Shown here piece after piece: positions 19,734-29,692 of a stretch of 64,000 bases of DNA. Position numbers and translations under genes: made by a program. The notes beneath the pieces were generated by a model. That model was not told the DNA's origin. It worked only from the letters and a program-made list of their open reading frames with translations, and did not search any database. How positions within the stretch are numbered: position 1 is the stretch's first letter; the number at the start of each line of letters is the position of its first letter. Origin of the DNA: an uncultured virus (IMG/VR IMGVR_UViG_3300028394_000069) (Duplodnaviria > Heunggongvirae > Uroviricota > Caudoviricetes); the IMG/VR virus record IMGVR_UViG_3300028394_000069. One strand, given 5' to 3'.

Positions 19734-20801
19734 TTATTCAGGAGTAATTACAAGAATATCATCCTCCTTTAATTCCTGAGCTTGCACATACCCTCTATTT
19801 TTTGTATATATCTGATGTTCTGGAGTACATTTAATGATGTTACCCTGCTCATCTTCAATTTCTATAATTTCGGAAGATTCACCTGTTTGAGCAAAAGCTT
19901 CAATAGTTGAGTATACTTCTTGATCTGTTTTAACATCATACGACTTAACTTTTACTTCAGAGTATTTCTTTAAGTAATAATTAAGGCTATCAATTGGCAC
20001 TTCAAGATATTCGTTCTCATTAACTAAAATACTAATAATAGTGTCTCCTGTGACACATAAATTACTCGCGTTGATTTTTAAACCCTTATCTTTATAAACT
20101 TGAGGAGCTTGATTATTAGCATTATCTGTAAAGAAGACATAAGGGTATCCTGTCTCAAAACGCTTTTGAATTACTTTGCCCCATATTTTACGTTTATGCT
20201 TATCACCAGCTTTCATATCAGCTAGCCATTCATCTGTTACACATACTCCAAAGGAAACGTCTTGAATACTATTACCAGCGCTTTTAATCTCTAAGAACTC
20301 TTCAATATCTCCATGATCAACAGGTAGATAAGCAGCAAAGGATCCTCGTCTAACATTACTTTGAGAGACATAACTAATAAGAGAGTTGAATACAGTAAGT
20401 TGATGATGCACTCCCGTAGCACTACCTCCATCACTAATAGGAGCACCTCGCTTACGTACTTCACCAAAATATGCAGAAGTACCACCTCCTACCTTAGACA
20501 TAGTACCTACTTCGCTAACTTTATAGAGAATCTTCTCCATATCGTCAGGAATATAGCTACCAAAACAAGAGATAGGTAAGCCTCTATCTCTACCAAAATT
20601 AGACCAGATAGGAGAAGATAGAGAATAGAACCCATGTGCCATGTAGGTCATAAACTTCAATGCGAAGCCTTCAATATTTAAATATCGTTCAGCAGCATTA
20701 GCTATATCTGAGATTCTTTCTTCAGGAGTCTCACCTACCTTTAGATAACCACGTTCAAGAAATTTACGAGAGTCTGCATTAAGCCATTCATATGATAACA
20801 T
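19734..20801 (-). CDS. nrdA: NrdA N-terminal half fused to a 107-aa N-intein
   Basis: SSPIWSN, PISCF, GGGT and RRGSFAAYL motifs; ASNL|CVTGDT starts the intein at 20057; block B CTPEH. Confidence 0.93.
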   Translation of the reverse strand: MLSYEWLNADSRKFLERGYLKVGETPEERISDIANAAERYLNIEGFALKFMTYMAHGFYSLSSPIWSNFGRDRGLPISCFGSYIPDDMEKILYKVSEVGTMSKVGGGTSAYFGEVRKRGAPISDGGSATGVHHQLTVFNSLISYVSQSNVRRGSFAAYLPVDHGDIEEFLEIKSAGNSIQDVSFGVCVTDEWLADMKAGDKHKRKIWGKVIQKRFETGYPYVFFTDNANNQAPQVYKDKGLKINASNLCVTGDTIISILVNENEYLEVPIDSLNYYLKKYSEVKVKSYDVKTDQEVYSTIEAFAQTGESSEIIEIEDEQGNIIKCTPEHQIYTKNRGYVQAQELKEDDILVITPE

Positions 20802-20839
20802 AATTATATTTTATTGTAGTTCATTAGGATTGCTATGAA

Positions 20840-21823
20840 TTAAAATAAGTCTTCTTCACTAAAGGATTGACTATTTTTAGAGTACTCAATTGGACGTGAA
20901 CTAAAGAAATCAGTCATACCATTACCAAGAAGATCTTCATTAAACCAAAGAACCTTTTCATCAGTACCTTCTCTAACTTCAAAGATAGGTTTAAAGCCAA
21001 TTTGCTCTAAAGATGTATTAAGACGTTGTTTAATTAACTCTTTTAGTAAAGGAGCATTAAGATTCTCTTCATTATATCCATTTACCATCCAGTCAATAAT
21101 TTTCGATTCAGCTTTAAAGGCTTCTTGCGCTTCATGAGAGATACGTTGTTCAAGCTCTTCATCAAATAACTCAGGATGCTCTTTACGAATATCACTTATA
21201 ATTCTAATACCCGCTAATGCATGTAACGCTTCTTCGTTACGAGTATATTTTACTTGCTGATCAACGTCTTTAAGAACATTCTTAAAGCGTGCAAACCACA
21301 TAATAACATAAAACTGACTAAAGAGAGATGCATTCTCAACAAAGAGAGTAAAGAGAGTTAATGCATATAGATATTGCTTTTTAGAGTCTTTATAGAACTT
21401 ATGAGTATACTTACGCAGATACTTAACTCGACCTTGAATAAAGTCTAGTTTAAGATTTTTTTCGAAGATATCTTCTAACCCTAAGACACTAAGGAGACGC
21501 TCATATGCATTATTATGAATGACTTCGATATTTGCCATTACATAACCAAGGTCTTGTAAAGAGGGATGAGGTAAATTATCACCAAGCTTAGCCCAAAAGG
21601 TCTTAACAGCTACTTCAATCTGACCAATAGCAGATAAAGTTCTGATAATAATCTCCTGCTCTTGTTCAGATAGATCAACTTTAAATTGTTGGACATCAGC
21701 TGCAAAGGTAAACTCTTTGTCAGTCCAATGACCATCATGCATAGCTCTAATGAACTCCTCAGTCCATGGGTATCTATTAGGCTTTCGACTTACTTGTTCT
21801 TCAAAAATGCTTGGTTCTCTCAT
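20840..21823 (-). CDS. nrdB: Class I ribonucleotide reductase beta subunit
   Basis: E..H twice (EVIH, EEALH), VENASLFSQF and DFF.SRP.EYSK. Confidence 0.95.
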   Translation of the reverse strand: MREPSIFEEQVSRKPNRYPWTEEFIRAMHDGHWTDKEFTFAADVQQFKVDLSEQEQEIIIRTLSAIGQIEVAVKTFWAKLGDNLPHPSLQDLGYVMANIEVIHNNAYERLLSVLGLEDIFEKNLKLDFIQGRVKYLRKYTHKFYKDSKKQYLYALTLFTLFVENASLFSQFYVIMWFARFKNVLKDVDQQVKYTRNEEALHALAGIRIISDIRKEHPELFDEELEQRISHEAQEAFKAESKIIDWMVNGYNEENLNAPLLKELIKQRLNTSLEQIGFKPIFEVREGTDEKVLWFNEDLLGNGMTDFFSSRPIEYSKNSQSFSEEDLF

Positions 21824-21867
21824 AGTAGAATTATATTATAGTATAATATATTATAAAGTCAATAATA

Positions 21868-22098
21868 TTAGAGGTTAATAGTCTGCTTAAGATTAAAGGA
21901 AGGTACAGCGAATATTTTTATAGCTGTTTTACCATCTGAGCCTTTTGTATTTACTGTAAGTTCTGATTCAGTACAAATAGGAGTAGCTGTAATAATACCA
22001 GTATCTATAGTACGATAAAGTTGTCCTGTATCAGCTAAGAAGACTTTAACGGTAGTTGCACTACCTTGGGACGCGATAAATCGTTTTGTTTTATTCAT
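21868..22098 (-). CDS. Hypothetical protein
   Basis: In an operon, overlapping its neighbour. Confidence 0.55.
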   Translation of the reverse strand: MNKTKRFIASQGSATTVKVFLADTGQLYRTIDTGIITATPICTESELTVNTKGSDGKTAIKIFAVPSFNLKQTINL

Positions 22099-22453
22099 AA
22101 TTTCTTATATTATTTATGAACCTAGCTACGTCATCATCCGATTTATGAGTAGCAAAGTTCAAAGTACTTTCAACTTTTTTTGTAGAGTTTGGATTTTGTA
22201 ATTTATGATAAGCTATTAAATCTTGAATAGGCTGAGCATCACAATCCATCAGTTGACTATCGTCGATATCTAAATGCTTACGTACCTCTTGAACAGAGAA
22301 TCCTCTATCAAGTAACGATTTTGCTTTTTTTAAAATGAAGTATTTCTTAAGATTATCTTCATCTTTATATTCAACTACTTTCTTCTTATAATATTCTGTG
22401 GAGAATATATAAGAACTGCCTGTAATAATACATGTAACTTTTTTTGATGACAT
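22091..22453 (-). CDS. Hypothetical protein
   Basis: In an operon with the PRTase gene. Confidence 0.6.
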   Translation of the reverse strand: MSSKKVTCIITGSSYIFSTEYYKKKVVEYKDEDNLKKYFILKKAKSLLDRGFSVQEVRKHLDIDDSQLMDCDAQPIQDLIAYHKLQNPNSTKKVESTLNFATHKSDDDVARFINNIRNYE

Positions 22454-22456
22454 AAA

Positions 22457-22903
22457 TTAAGAATCCCAAGGAAAGATTACCCACTCGTCACCAACAATAT
22501 TGGTACACATATCAACAAGATGTATAGTAGCTTCTTTAGCAAACAATGCAGCGTATGTAGTCTGAATAACATTGTTCTTTTTCAGTTCTTTAAAATGTGA
22601 AAAAGTCTTACCTGTATCACAAATATCATCTACTACTAATAGTTTCGTATTAGATTCTAAAGCATCAAAATTTATATCTTGATATACTTTTAAAGTTTCA
22701 GATTCATTTTTATCATTATATAAACTAACACCGTAATTAAGAACAGGTGAGTTTAATTTATAACCTATCATTGTTGCAGGAATAAGACCGCCTCTACCAA
22801 TACCTACTATGTAATTAAACTCTAACTTTTTAGCTTTAATACGACTGACTAAAGAATTAACGTATGTTTCTATTATATTATAATCATATTTATATTGATT
22901 CAT
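22457..22903 (-). CDS. Type I purine phosphoribosyltransferase (Gpt-like)
   Basis: GIGRGGL.PA, LVVDDICDTGKT and WVIFPWD motifs. Confidence 0.9.
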   Translation of the reverse strand: MNQYKYDYNIIETYVNSLVSRIKAKKLEFNYIVGIGRGGLIPATMIGYKLNSPVLNYGVSLYNDKNESETLKVYQDINFDALESNTKLLVVDDICDTGKTFSHFKELKKNNVIQTTYAALFAKEATIHLVDMCTNIVGDEWVIFPWDS

Positions 22904-22948
22904 ATATTATTATATTGTAGTTCAATAAGGTTTCAACTAAATATATAT

Positions 22949-23308
22949 GTGAATGATTATAAAAAACTGCAGTTAATTTATGAGGGTGGCGGTATGAGTG
23001 TTTCTGAACCTGGTAATCCTAAATATGCTCCTAATCCAATGAATTCTGGAATGCATACATACCCTAGTCAACTTGACTTTAATAAAGGTAATACAGGATC
23101 AAATGCGTACTCAGTAGCAGCAGCTGCAGGTACTGCAGGTCGAATTGAAGCTGAAGAAAGTAAGATTACAGGTAGTATATCAACAGAGCTTGTTATAGAT
23201 AAACTAAGCGATCTTTTAAATAGATCTAATAAAGATGAAATGCAATATGCAATTCATATGCTAAGTATTTTAAAAGAGTTCATTCTTAAAAATAATAAAC
23301 CTACGTAG
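22949..23308 (+). CDS. Hypothetical late protein (GTG start)
   Basis: TAAATA at 22938; N-terminus D..KLQLIYEG resembles other putative internal head proteins. Confidence 0.55.
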   Translation: MNDYKKLQLIYEGGGMSVSEPGNPKYAPNPMNSGMHTYPSQLDFNKGNTGSNAYSVAAAAGTAGRIEAEESKITGSISTELVIDKLSDLLNRSNKDEMQYAIHMLSILKEFILKNNKPT

Positions 23309-23576
23309 GCCATATTTTATTTTTAAGTAATAATATTATATGGTCTGCAAGCCAGCTACAGAAGGCACTTGCAAACCCAAGTAAGATAAAACTGTACGTA
23401 GTAAATAAACCAATAATGCAGCCGGTCCAAAATCCGATACAAAGCGAGCATAAAAAGAGATTTTTAAAAAATTGAAACTGAATAAGAAAATTACGTATGT
23501 AGTTTATTATAGATCCATACTTTAATATTAAAGTAAATCCGCAACAAGCTAATAGCGTTAAAATTAAATCAGCCAC
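23301..23576 (-). CDS. Small membrane protein with CxxC
   Basis: Hydrophobic, contains C.LC.GFW. Confidence 0.6.
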   Translation of the reverse strand: MADLILTLLACCGFTLILKYGSIINYIRNFLIQFQFFKNLFLCSLCIGFWTGCIIGLFTTYSFILLGFASAFCSWLADHIILLLKNKIWPT

Positions 23577-23769
23577 AGATTAATTGATTGGTTCCGTCTA
23601 ACGTAGTTACTGCGTCAGCCATTAGTTTTAGTTCTGCTTTTTTGACGATAATTTTATTACCATCATCATCAGTTACTTGATAAGAATCCTCACTTAACTT
23701 TTTTACTACAGGACAACCTTGACCATTACAGCAAAGCTTTACTTCATTATTATTAATTACCTTAATCAT
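23569..23769 (-). CDS. Hypothetical protein
   Basis: CC...CP motif; overlaps its neighbour. Confidence 0.55.
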   Translation of the reverse strand: MIKVINNNEVKLCCNGQGCPVVKKLSEDSYQVTDDDGNKIIVKKAELKLMADAVTTLDGTNQLICG

Positions 23770-23781
23770 ATATTTTATTTA

Positions 23782-24435
23782 TTAAACGCATAAACGTAAT
23801 CTACTTCTTATCTTAGATATATGTCTTTCTTTAAGATAGACACCACCACCTTCTCGAGAACCTGCATCATCAGTATTACCTTCTATAGTCTGAACCATAC
23901 CATTCTTATCAGGTGCGCTAATTGCAAGACCAATATGAGAGAAAGTAAAAATAATAATATCACCAGCAACTATATCACCATTATGTGGCTTTTTAATTCT
24001 GATCGACAGGTCTTGATCTTCAGCCCAGTTTTCGAAAGCCCATGCACTAGCAGTTGTTGGACGCTTAAAAGTATAATTTCCACCTTTCATTGCTTCTCTA
24101 AAAAGCCAGCATATAAAAGCAGCGCACCATGGCCAACTTTGAGTATTATCGAGATATGTAGCACCTTTATATTCATTAACGCGTTTACCGCAATTGGTTT
24201 CGCCTATCTCACGAACACCAACTTCTTCTCGAGCAAGTGCGATAATCTTCTTAACTAAAGATATAGTACTAGCTGGTTTAGAATCTTTAGGTTGTTCGCT
24301 AGATGTAACTATTTTATTAAAGATAGTCTGCCAGGTTAAGGGACCATCTACACCATCAGCTACGAGATTTAGTGATCGCTGTACACTTTTAACAAGAACT
24401 TCTTTATCTTTAAAATCCATAAAAATATTTATCAC
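23782..24435 (-). CDS. Endolysin: peptidoglycan-binding domain plus CHAP amidase/peptidase
   Basis: ADGVDGP.T, PWCAAF, HIGL and TIEGNT motifs. Confidence 0.88.
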   Translation of the reverse strand: MINIFMDFKDKEVLVKSVQRSLNLVADGVDGPLTWQTIFNKIVTSSEQPKDSKPASTISLVKKIIALAREEVGVREIGETNCGKRVNEYKGATYLDNTQSWPWCAAFICWLFREAMKGGNYTFKRPTTASAWAFENWAEDQDLSIRIKKPHNGDIVAGDIIIFTFSHIGLAISAPDKNGMVQTIEGNTDDAGSREGGGVYLKERHISKIRSRLRLCV

Positions 24436-24477
24436 ATTAATAATAAAATAGAGTTACTTTATATAAATAATTATATT

Positions 24478-24678
24478 ATGACAGAGATTTTTACAAAAGC
24501 TATAGAATTTTTTCAATCACAATCTTGGTATAATGTAGCCTCAAGTGTTATCGCTTTGGCTTCTGCTATTGCTGCTCTCACCCCAACACCTAATCCTAAT
24601 TCTAAGTTTGCATGGGTATATAAAATACTTGACTTCTTAGCTCTTAATATCGGTAAAGCGAAGGATAAAGGAGTTTAA
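24478..24678 (+). CDS. Putative holin
   Basis: TM segment plus AALTPTP...LALNIGKAK, adjacent to the endolysin and spanins. Confidence 0.7.
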   Translation: MTEIFTKAIEFFQSQSWYNVASSVIALASAIAALTPTPNPNSKFAWVYKILDFLALNIGKAKDKGV

Positions 24679-24695
24679 TATAAGGAACATAACTT

Positions 24696-24971
24696 ATGTT
24701 ACTTAGTATTATAAAAGAGGCTCTTGCTGCTTTAACTGCATATTTACAGTTAAAAAATAAAACTACGCTTTATAATGTAACGCGTTTATCCAGAGCAAAA
24801 CAAACAGAATTAATAAATGAAATTGAAAAGCTACGTAATACTGGTACTAATGCTTCTAGTGACCGCGCTGACCTCATGCGTAACGAACTCCTCGACGAAC
24901 GTAGGTTCCTTAGTGATATATCAGCCTTCTATATTAAAGCTGAAAGCAAACCTGTCAGTACAAACAAATGA
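24696..24971 (+). CDS. Putative i-spanin
   Basis: N-terminal hydrophobic segment plus coiled coil, overlapped by a lipoprotein ORF. Confidence 0.6.
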   Translation: MLLSIIKEALAALTAYLQLKNKTTLYNVTRLSRAKQTELINEIEKLRNTGTNASSDRADLMRNELLDERRFLSDISAFYIKAESKPVSTNK

Positions 24972-25059
24972 TGGAATATATACACCTCAAGTAGATGAGG
25001 TATGGCATTCTGATAAACGCTTTAGAGAGCTAGAGCGTACGCTGTATTATGGTAAATAA
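24817..25059 (+). CDS. Putative o-spanin lipoprotein (overlapping frame)
   Basis: Signal peptide MKLKSYVILVLMLLVTA followed by an LTSC lipobox; overlaps the i-spanin in the +1 frame. Confidence 0.7.
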   Translation: MKLKSYVILVLMLLVTALTSCVTNSSTNVGSLVIYQPSILKLKANLSVQTNDGIYTPQVDEVWHSDKRFRELERTLYYGK

Positions 25060-25064
25060 GTTCA

Positions 25065-25793
25065 ATGAATGTAATATTTTGGCATATTTGTGGGTTATCG
25101 AATTATAAAAAAATAGTAACTGATCAATTTAATAGCATTAAAAGATCAGGTCTTTTAGCTAAAGTAGATAAAATATATATTACCTATCTAGGGAGTAATA
25201 AAAATAATATTAATTTTCTTCTTAAAAAATCTAGCAAAATTATTCTAGATAAATATGACTCTTATGTCTATCATTATGAGCGGCTATGTTTACACTCAAT
25301 GCATGATTTTGCACAGGAACATAATGCTAATATACTATATATACATGCTAAAGGTGTAAGTACGAGATTTGTTGGAAACATTATATTGCAAGATAATATT
25401 AGACAATGGAGAGAGATGATGGAGTATTTTTTAATATACAAGTATAGCGACTGTTTAGAGCTGTTAGAGAGTAATGATGTACTTGGGAGTTGTTTAGTTA
25501 ATAGTAAATCTAATGATCTAGCTATAGATGGTGAAGATCATGCCTACCATTTTAGTGGAAATTTTTGGTGGAGTAATACTAGTTATATAAAAACATTACC
25601 TCGTATAAGAGAAGATATTGTTGGAAATTTAGCTAATAACTGCGCTTTTCATTTATGTGAACGTTGGGTCCTTCAAAAGTGGCCAAATGTTAAATTAGTC
25701 GAATTATATAAAGATCCACATTCTTGTCATTTTTACGGCAACCCTCCGTCAAAAGAATACTTAAAAATTAACTTAAACAAAGTTACTTCTTAA
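25065..25793 (+). CDS. Glycosyltransferase-like protein
   Basis: YE..L, LYIHAKG, HFSGNFWW and ERW motifs; next to the GT cluster. Confidence 0.6.
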   Translation: MNVIFWHICGLSNYKKIVTDQFNSIKRSGLLAKVDKIYITYLGSNKNNINFLLKKSSKIILDKYDSYVYHYERLCLHSMHDFAQEHNANILYIHAKGVSTRFVGNIILQDNIRQWREMMEYFLIYKYSDCLELLESNDVLGSCLVNSKSNDLAIDGEDHAYHFSGNFWWSNTSYIKTLPRIREDIVGNLANNCAFHLCERWVLQKWPNVKLVELYKDPHSCHFYGNPPSKEYLKINLNKVTS

Positions 25794-26627
25794 TAATTTC
25801 ACTTTGTTTTTATTAAAGCAGCTAACTATTTTACGAATCTTCGTATCAGAATATTTATTGCATAATTTCGATCTTAAGTACTTAAAATTTATATAAGCAC
25901 TAACAGTAGCTTTCTCTTGCTCTGATAAATAAAAATCTGTACCAATATCTTTAAAGTATCTTATATGATACCAAAATGCACCTCCAACACTAAAATTAAA
26001 CATATCCCAAGATAGTCCTGGCTCATAATACTGCTCAGTCTGACAATAAGAATTATCAGCTTTTTGCGGTATAGTAAAGCAGGAATCAATCTTAATTTCT
26101 GTCAAAAAATGGTCACCGTGATGTCCGTTAATAGGTACATCGTCAAAAGAACCAACGGAAATATCATTATTAATATCGACGGTAACATTAAAGCCAATCA
26201 TACAATAATAATTTAGTGATTGTCTACTGCTAAACAAATTTTTAAGTTCATCTTCAAAATAAATTTGATCTGCATCTATTTTTAGAAACCAATTATATTT
26301 ACATTTGCTTAAGCCGTAGTTATAATAATTAGCTAAAGAATGACATAAGTTAAATCTACTAACATATCCTCCTGTATTTGCTGGTATTACATATTGGGTA
26401 TATTCAAACAGAGATATTTTTTTATATTTAAAGGCTAGCTCTTTAAGAATTACTATAGTGTTATCAACACAATTATGATAAACAATTACTAACTCATCTA
26501 GTACATTAATTACCGATTCAATAGATTGTCTAACAGTTTTTTCTTCATTACTCACTCTCATTAAACCAGATACACCATCTTTTCGAGTAATTACAAGTGA
26601 GTTTAGAAACTCTTGTGTTATTAACAT
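25773..26627 (-). CDS. GT-A fold glycosyltransferase
   Basis: MRV.NEE, C.DNT, L..YYN and KIDADQ motifs. Confidence 0.8.
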   Translation of the reverse strand: MLITQEFLNSLVITRKDGVSGLMRVSNEEKTVRQSIESVINVLDELVIVYHNCVDNTIVILKELAFKYKKISLFEYTQYVIPANTGGYVSRFNLCHSLANYYNYGLSKCKYNWFLKIDADQIYFEDELKNLFSSRQSLNYYCMIGFNVTVDINNDISVGSFDDVPINGHHGDHFLTEIKIDSCFTIPQKADNSYCQTEQYYEPGLSWDMFNFSVGGAFWYHIRYFKDIGTDFYLSEQEKATVSAYINFKYLRSKLCNKYSDTKIRKIVSCFNKNKVKLLRSNFV

Positions 26628-26631
26628 ATTA

Positions 26632-27234
26632 TTAATTATGTGTAAATAGTACTTTATTTATTTTAATTTTATCTTCATTTTCAAATAAAGTATTTAAATC
26701 ATGGATAAACCAACCATCAGCTGTATAGGTATTATTTAATTTAATTTTTTGAGCTACATCTCTTCTTGTTGCAAAAGCTCCCATATCTATCTGGTCAAAT
26801 ATTAATTGACATTTAAGTAGTGCATAATTAAAATGAGAGTGAATCATATCCCAGTATATTAAGCTAGGCGTATTATGCTCTCTCGCAACTACTTTTAGCT
26901 CATTAACTAACGTAGGTACATAATAATTATCATCTCCTGTCATTATAATATATTGCGACTCGCTTTGCTGCTTACCTATCTCTCTAGGAGTATGTCCCCA
27001 ATCATTATACTGTCTATCAGTATTAATATATCGAATTCGTGAGTCTGATATTTGTTTAATAACATCTATTATAGTAATACTTTCTTCAGAAGTCTCAACA
27101 TTATCTATTACTACAGTAGCTGTCCAGTCAGGATCATACTGAGCTATAAGAGAATACAACATACATTTTAAAAGATTATAACGATTAAAGGTCGGTATAA
27201 TAATATCAACAAAAGATTTATTTTTATTTTCCAT
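26632..27234 (-). CDS. Family 2 glycosyltransferase
   Basis: IIIPTFNR, VVID and GDDNYY motifs. Confidence 0.85.
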   Translation of the reverse strand: MENKNKSFVDIIIPTFNRYNLLKCMLYSLIAQYDPDWTATVVIDNVETSEESITIIDVIKQISDSRIRYINTDRQYNDWGHTPREIGKQQSESQYIIMTGDDNYYVPTLVNELKVVAREHNTPSLIYWDMIHSHFNYALLKCQLIFDQIDMGAFATRRDVAQKIKLNNTYTADGWFIHDLNTLFENEDKIKINKVLFTHN

Positions 27235-27237
27235 AGT

Positions 27238-27921
27238 TTATAAAGTATTCTCGTTAAAATTTATAAAAGACTTATACGATGATGAGTTATTAGCATTGGT
27301 TAAATAATAATAATATTCAGGATTATTATTTTTCATATTTAAAATATCTTCGTTTGTAAATTCCCAAGGAATATGTTTAGCACTATATGGCTCGATAGTT
27401 GCACAGCTACTACCTCTAAAATTTCTACGTATATTATACATAGCAAATACTGTATCTATCTGCTGATTAGTATACAGCTCATCATATATTGTAGCAGGGT
27501 TAAAGGTAGAACTAGCCCATTTTTTTAGAAAGGCATAATAAGGAGAGTCTTCACTCACATTCCAATTGCTTAGAGATAACCCAATTTTATCATACTCAGT
27601 ATACTTTAACATTTTCTCATATAAAAATGTTAAAGTATCTAAAGGTGTATTAGTAAGATCTAAATCAGGGTCAGTTACAATATAAAATTCGGAATTTAAA
27701 CTAATTGGTAAATTAATATACCACGGTGTTAAATGACCACTTAACTCTGTTTTTATTATTTTGCATGGATTTGTTTCATACCAATTAAGCAACGGAGGAT
27801 AGGTAGATGAATTATCTACTATAATTATCTCACCTACATTATCGAATTTACTTAACCTTTCAAGCATTTGCCTCGGATATGTTAATAAATTACAATTATT
27901 TATTATAATAGGAATTTTCAT
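27238..27921 (-). CDS. Family 2-like glycosyltransferase
   Basis: IIVDNSSTYPPL, VTDPD and IDT.FA.Y motifs. Confidence 0.75.
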   Translation of the reverse strand: MKIPIIINNCNLLTYPRQMLERLSKFDNVGEIIIVDNSSTYPPLLNWYETNPCKIIKTELSGHLTPWYINLPISLNSEFYIVTDPDLDLTNTPLDTLTFLYEKMLKYTEYDKIGLSLSNWNVSEDSPYYAFLKKWASSTFNPATIYDELYTNQQIDTVFAMYNIRRNFRGSSCATIEPYSAKHIPWEFTNEDILNMKNNNPEYYYYLTNANNSSSYKSFINFNENTL

Positions 27922-28625
27922 ATTTTCGGTGTCATTAAAATATTTAATTCTTTAAAAGGACCTTGAAACGGTGAGCTTAATCTGTTTAACAAGATTAGTT
28001 GTAAATCAAGTTCATATATATCTTCTAACTTGCGTAGACCTTCTATTAAAAAATTAAAATTATCATCTGATAAAAACGTTAAATGTAGAGAGAGTAATAT
28101 AATAGGTTTATACGTCTTAAAGAAATTATAGTTATCAAATAATAAATACTCAGCACCTTCAACATCTAACATTAATAATGAGTTAGCAGCTATATTTTCA
28201 GCACTAAAGAACGACTCTAATGTCACCGCTTCTATTTCAACAGAATTTTGAGATTGAAAAATACTCGAACCGCTTCTTCCTAGTTCTGAATAATCTGAGC
28301 CTATAGTAATAATATCGTTTTTATTATTAAATGCTTTATTATAAATCTTAATATTTTTCAATGCATTTAAATCGACATTAGATTTGAGTTCTTGAAATGC
28401 AATAGGATCTGGTTCTAAGCTAAATACATTTTTAAATATCTTACCAGCAAATAAAGTAAAAGGACCTATCCAACCTCCAGCATTTACAAAGGTATTAGTA
28501 GTCTTAGATATATCGTAAATTTTAATATAATTTTCTGATTCCCAATTTTCGATATTCCAAAAATCTGCATTTATAGTATTAGTATTTACCAAAAAACTAA
28601 CATCATGTCTAGTAACTTCTCTCAT
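27918..28625 (-). CDS. FkbM-family methyltransferase
   Basis: GGWIGP, LEPDP and LDVEGAE motifs. Confidence 0.85.
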   Translation of the reverse strand: MREVTRHDVSFLVNTNTINADFWNIENWESENYIKIYDISKTTNTFVNAGGWIGPFTLFAGKIFKNVFSLEPDPIAFQELKSNVDLNALKNIKIYNKAFNNKNDIITIGSDYSELGRSGSSIFQSQNSVEIEAVTLESFFSAENIAANSLLMLDVEGAEYLLFDNYNFFKTYKPIILLSLHLTFLSDDNFNFLIEGLRKLEDIYELDLQLILLNRLSSPFQGPFKELNILMTPKI

Positions 28626-28626
28626 A

Positions 28627-29220
28627 CTATTTAGTTAAAACAATAATTAAATCATCATATCTACCTTTATTAGATCTTAAGTCGTAAAAGTCTAAAGTTT
28701 TATAATCAGCAGAATTTATTGATGACATCATAGGTGCTATAGAATCAATATCTTGTATATCTTCGATTATTAAAGTACCACCAGGCTTTAATAATTTAGA
28801 GTATTCCGTTAATGCAAATGTTTGAGTAGTTATATCATGAGGACCATCTTCAATAATAATATCAAATCCATCAGAATATTTTTGTTGTAATAAAGTTATT
28901 GTATCATTTGTAAATGCATCAACCTCAATATAATCGTATCTTCCAACATATAACTTTTCCCATATAGCTGGATGAACTTGATTTTGATTATCTATTAAAA
29001 CTAAATTAAACAACGGTAAATAATCGTGCCAAAGTAGCGCAGATCCTCCATACTGAACACCTATTTCAAGAATAGTACCAGGCTTATCTTTATATTTGGA
29101 AAGTAAACTACTATAGATTACATCATAACTATGATATGTAGCTTTATCTGTACCACCTGGCAAATGAAACCCATTTATATTATTTTTTATAATAATATCT
29201 AAAATATCGTTATGCTCCAT
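28627..29220 (-). CDS. Class I SAM-dependent methyltransferase
   Basis: TDK...HSY, LEIGV..GGS, DIIIEDGPH and LKPGG..IIED motifs. Confidence 0.85.
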   Translation of the reverse strand: MEHNDILDIIIKNNINGFHLPGGTDKATYHSYDVIYSSLLSKYKDKPGTILEIGVQYGGSALLWHDYLPLFNLVLIDNQNQVHPAIWEKLYVGRYDYIEVDAFTNDTITLLQQKYSDGFDIIIEDGPHDITTQTFALTEYSKLLKPGGTLIIEDIQDIDSIAPMMSSINSADYKTLDFYDLRSNKGRYDDLIIVLTK

Positions 29221-29229
29221 ATATTGTAT

Positions 29230-29655
29230 TTATTTTGTAGCAGCGCCCTTCTTCCATGAGATACTCTTAGAACCTTTTTTAAGTCTCTTTCTTGAATTAC
29301 ACATAGCCATTGTTGGTCTACAGGCCGGATAACCTTTTCGTTTTTCTCCTTTTTGTCGCCCACAAGTTTTACCAGTACGACAATCTACCCAGCCTGTTCC
29401 TTTATTTCTTGAAAACCATCCATGAAGGCCTTCTTTCTCTTCTTTCTCAAAACCATCCATAATCATCTGATATGTCTCACTATAGGTTTTTTTCTTCTTC
29501 CAGATTTTACCTTTTCGACACCTAACAACTGCTCCAGACTTATATGCAGAAGTTTTCTTACCATAAACAGAATCTGCTTTTTTTAAACATCTATCTCGTT
29601 TGGCTGTTTTTTCTGAAAGAATTGAATTACAATATGACTCAAAGATATGCAACAT
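29230..29655 (-). CDS. Basic Cys-containing hypothetical protein
   Basis: SAYKSG.VV.CRK, L..WF...WVD...CG...YPACRP motifs. Confidence 0.6.
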   Translation of the reverse strand: MLHIFESYCNSILSEKTAKRDRCLKKADSVYGKKTSAYKSGAVVRCRKGKIWKKKKTYSETYQMIMDGFEKEEKEGLHGWFSRNKGTGWVDCRTGKTCGRQKGEKRKGYPACRPTMAMCNSRKRLKKGSKSISWKKGAATK

Positions 29656-29692
29656 GTAATTATTTACAATTCTATTATGGGTTAACTATGAA

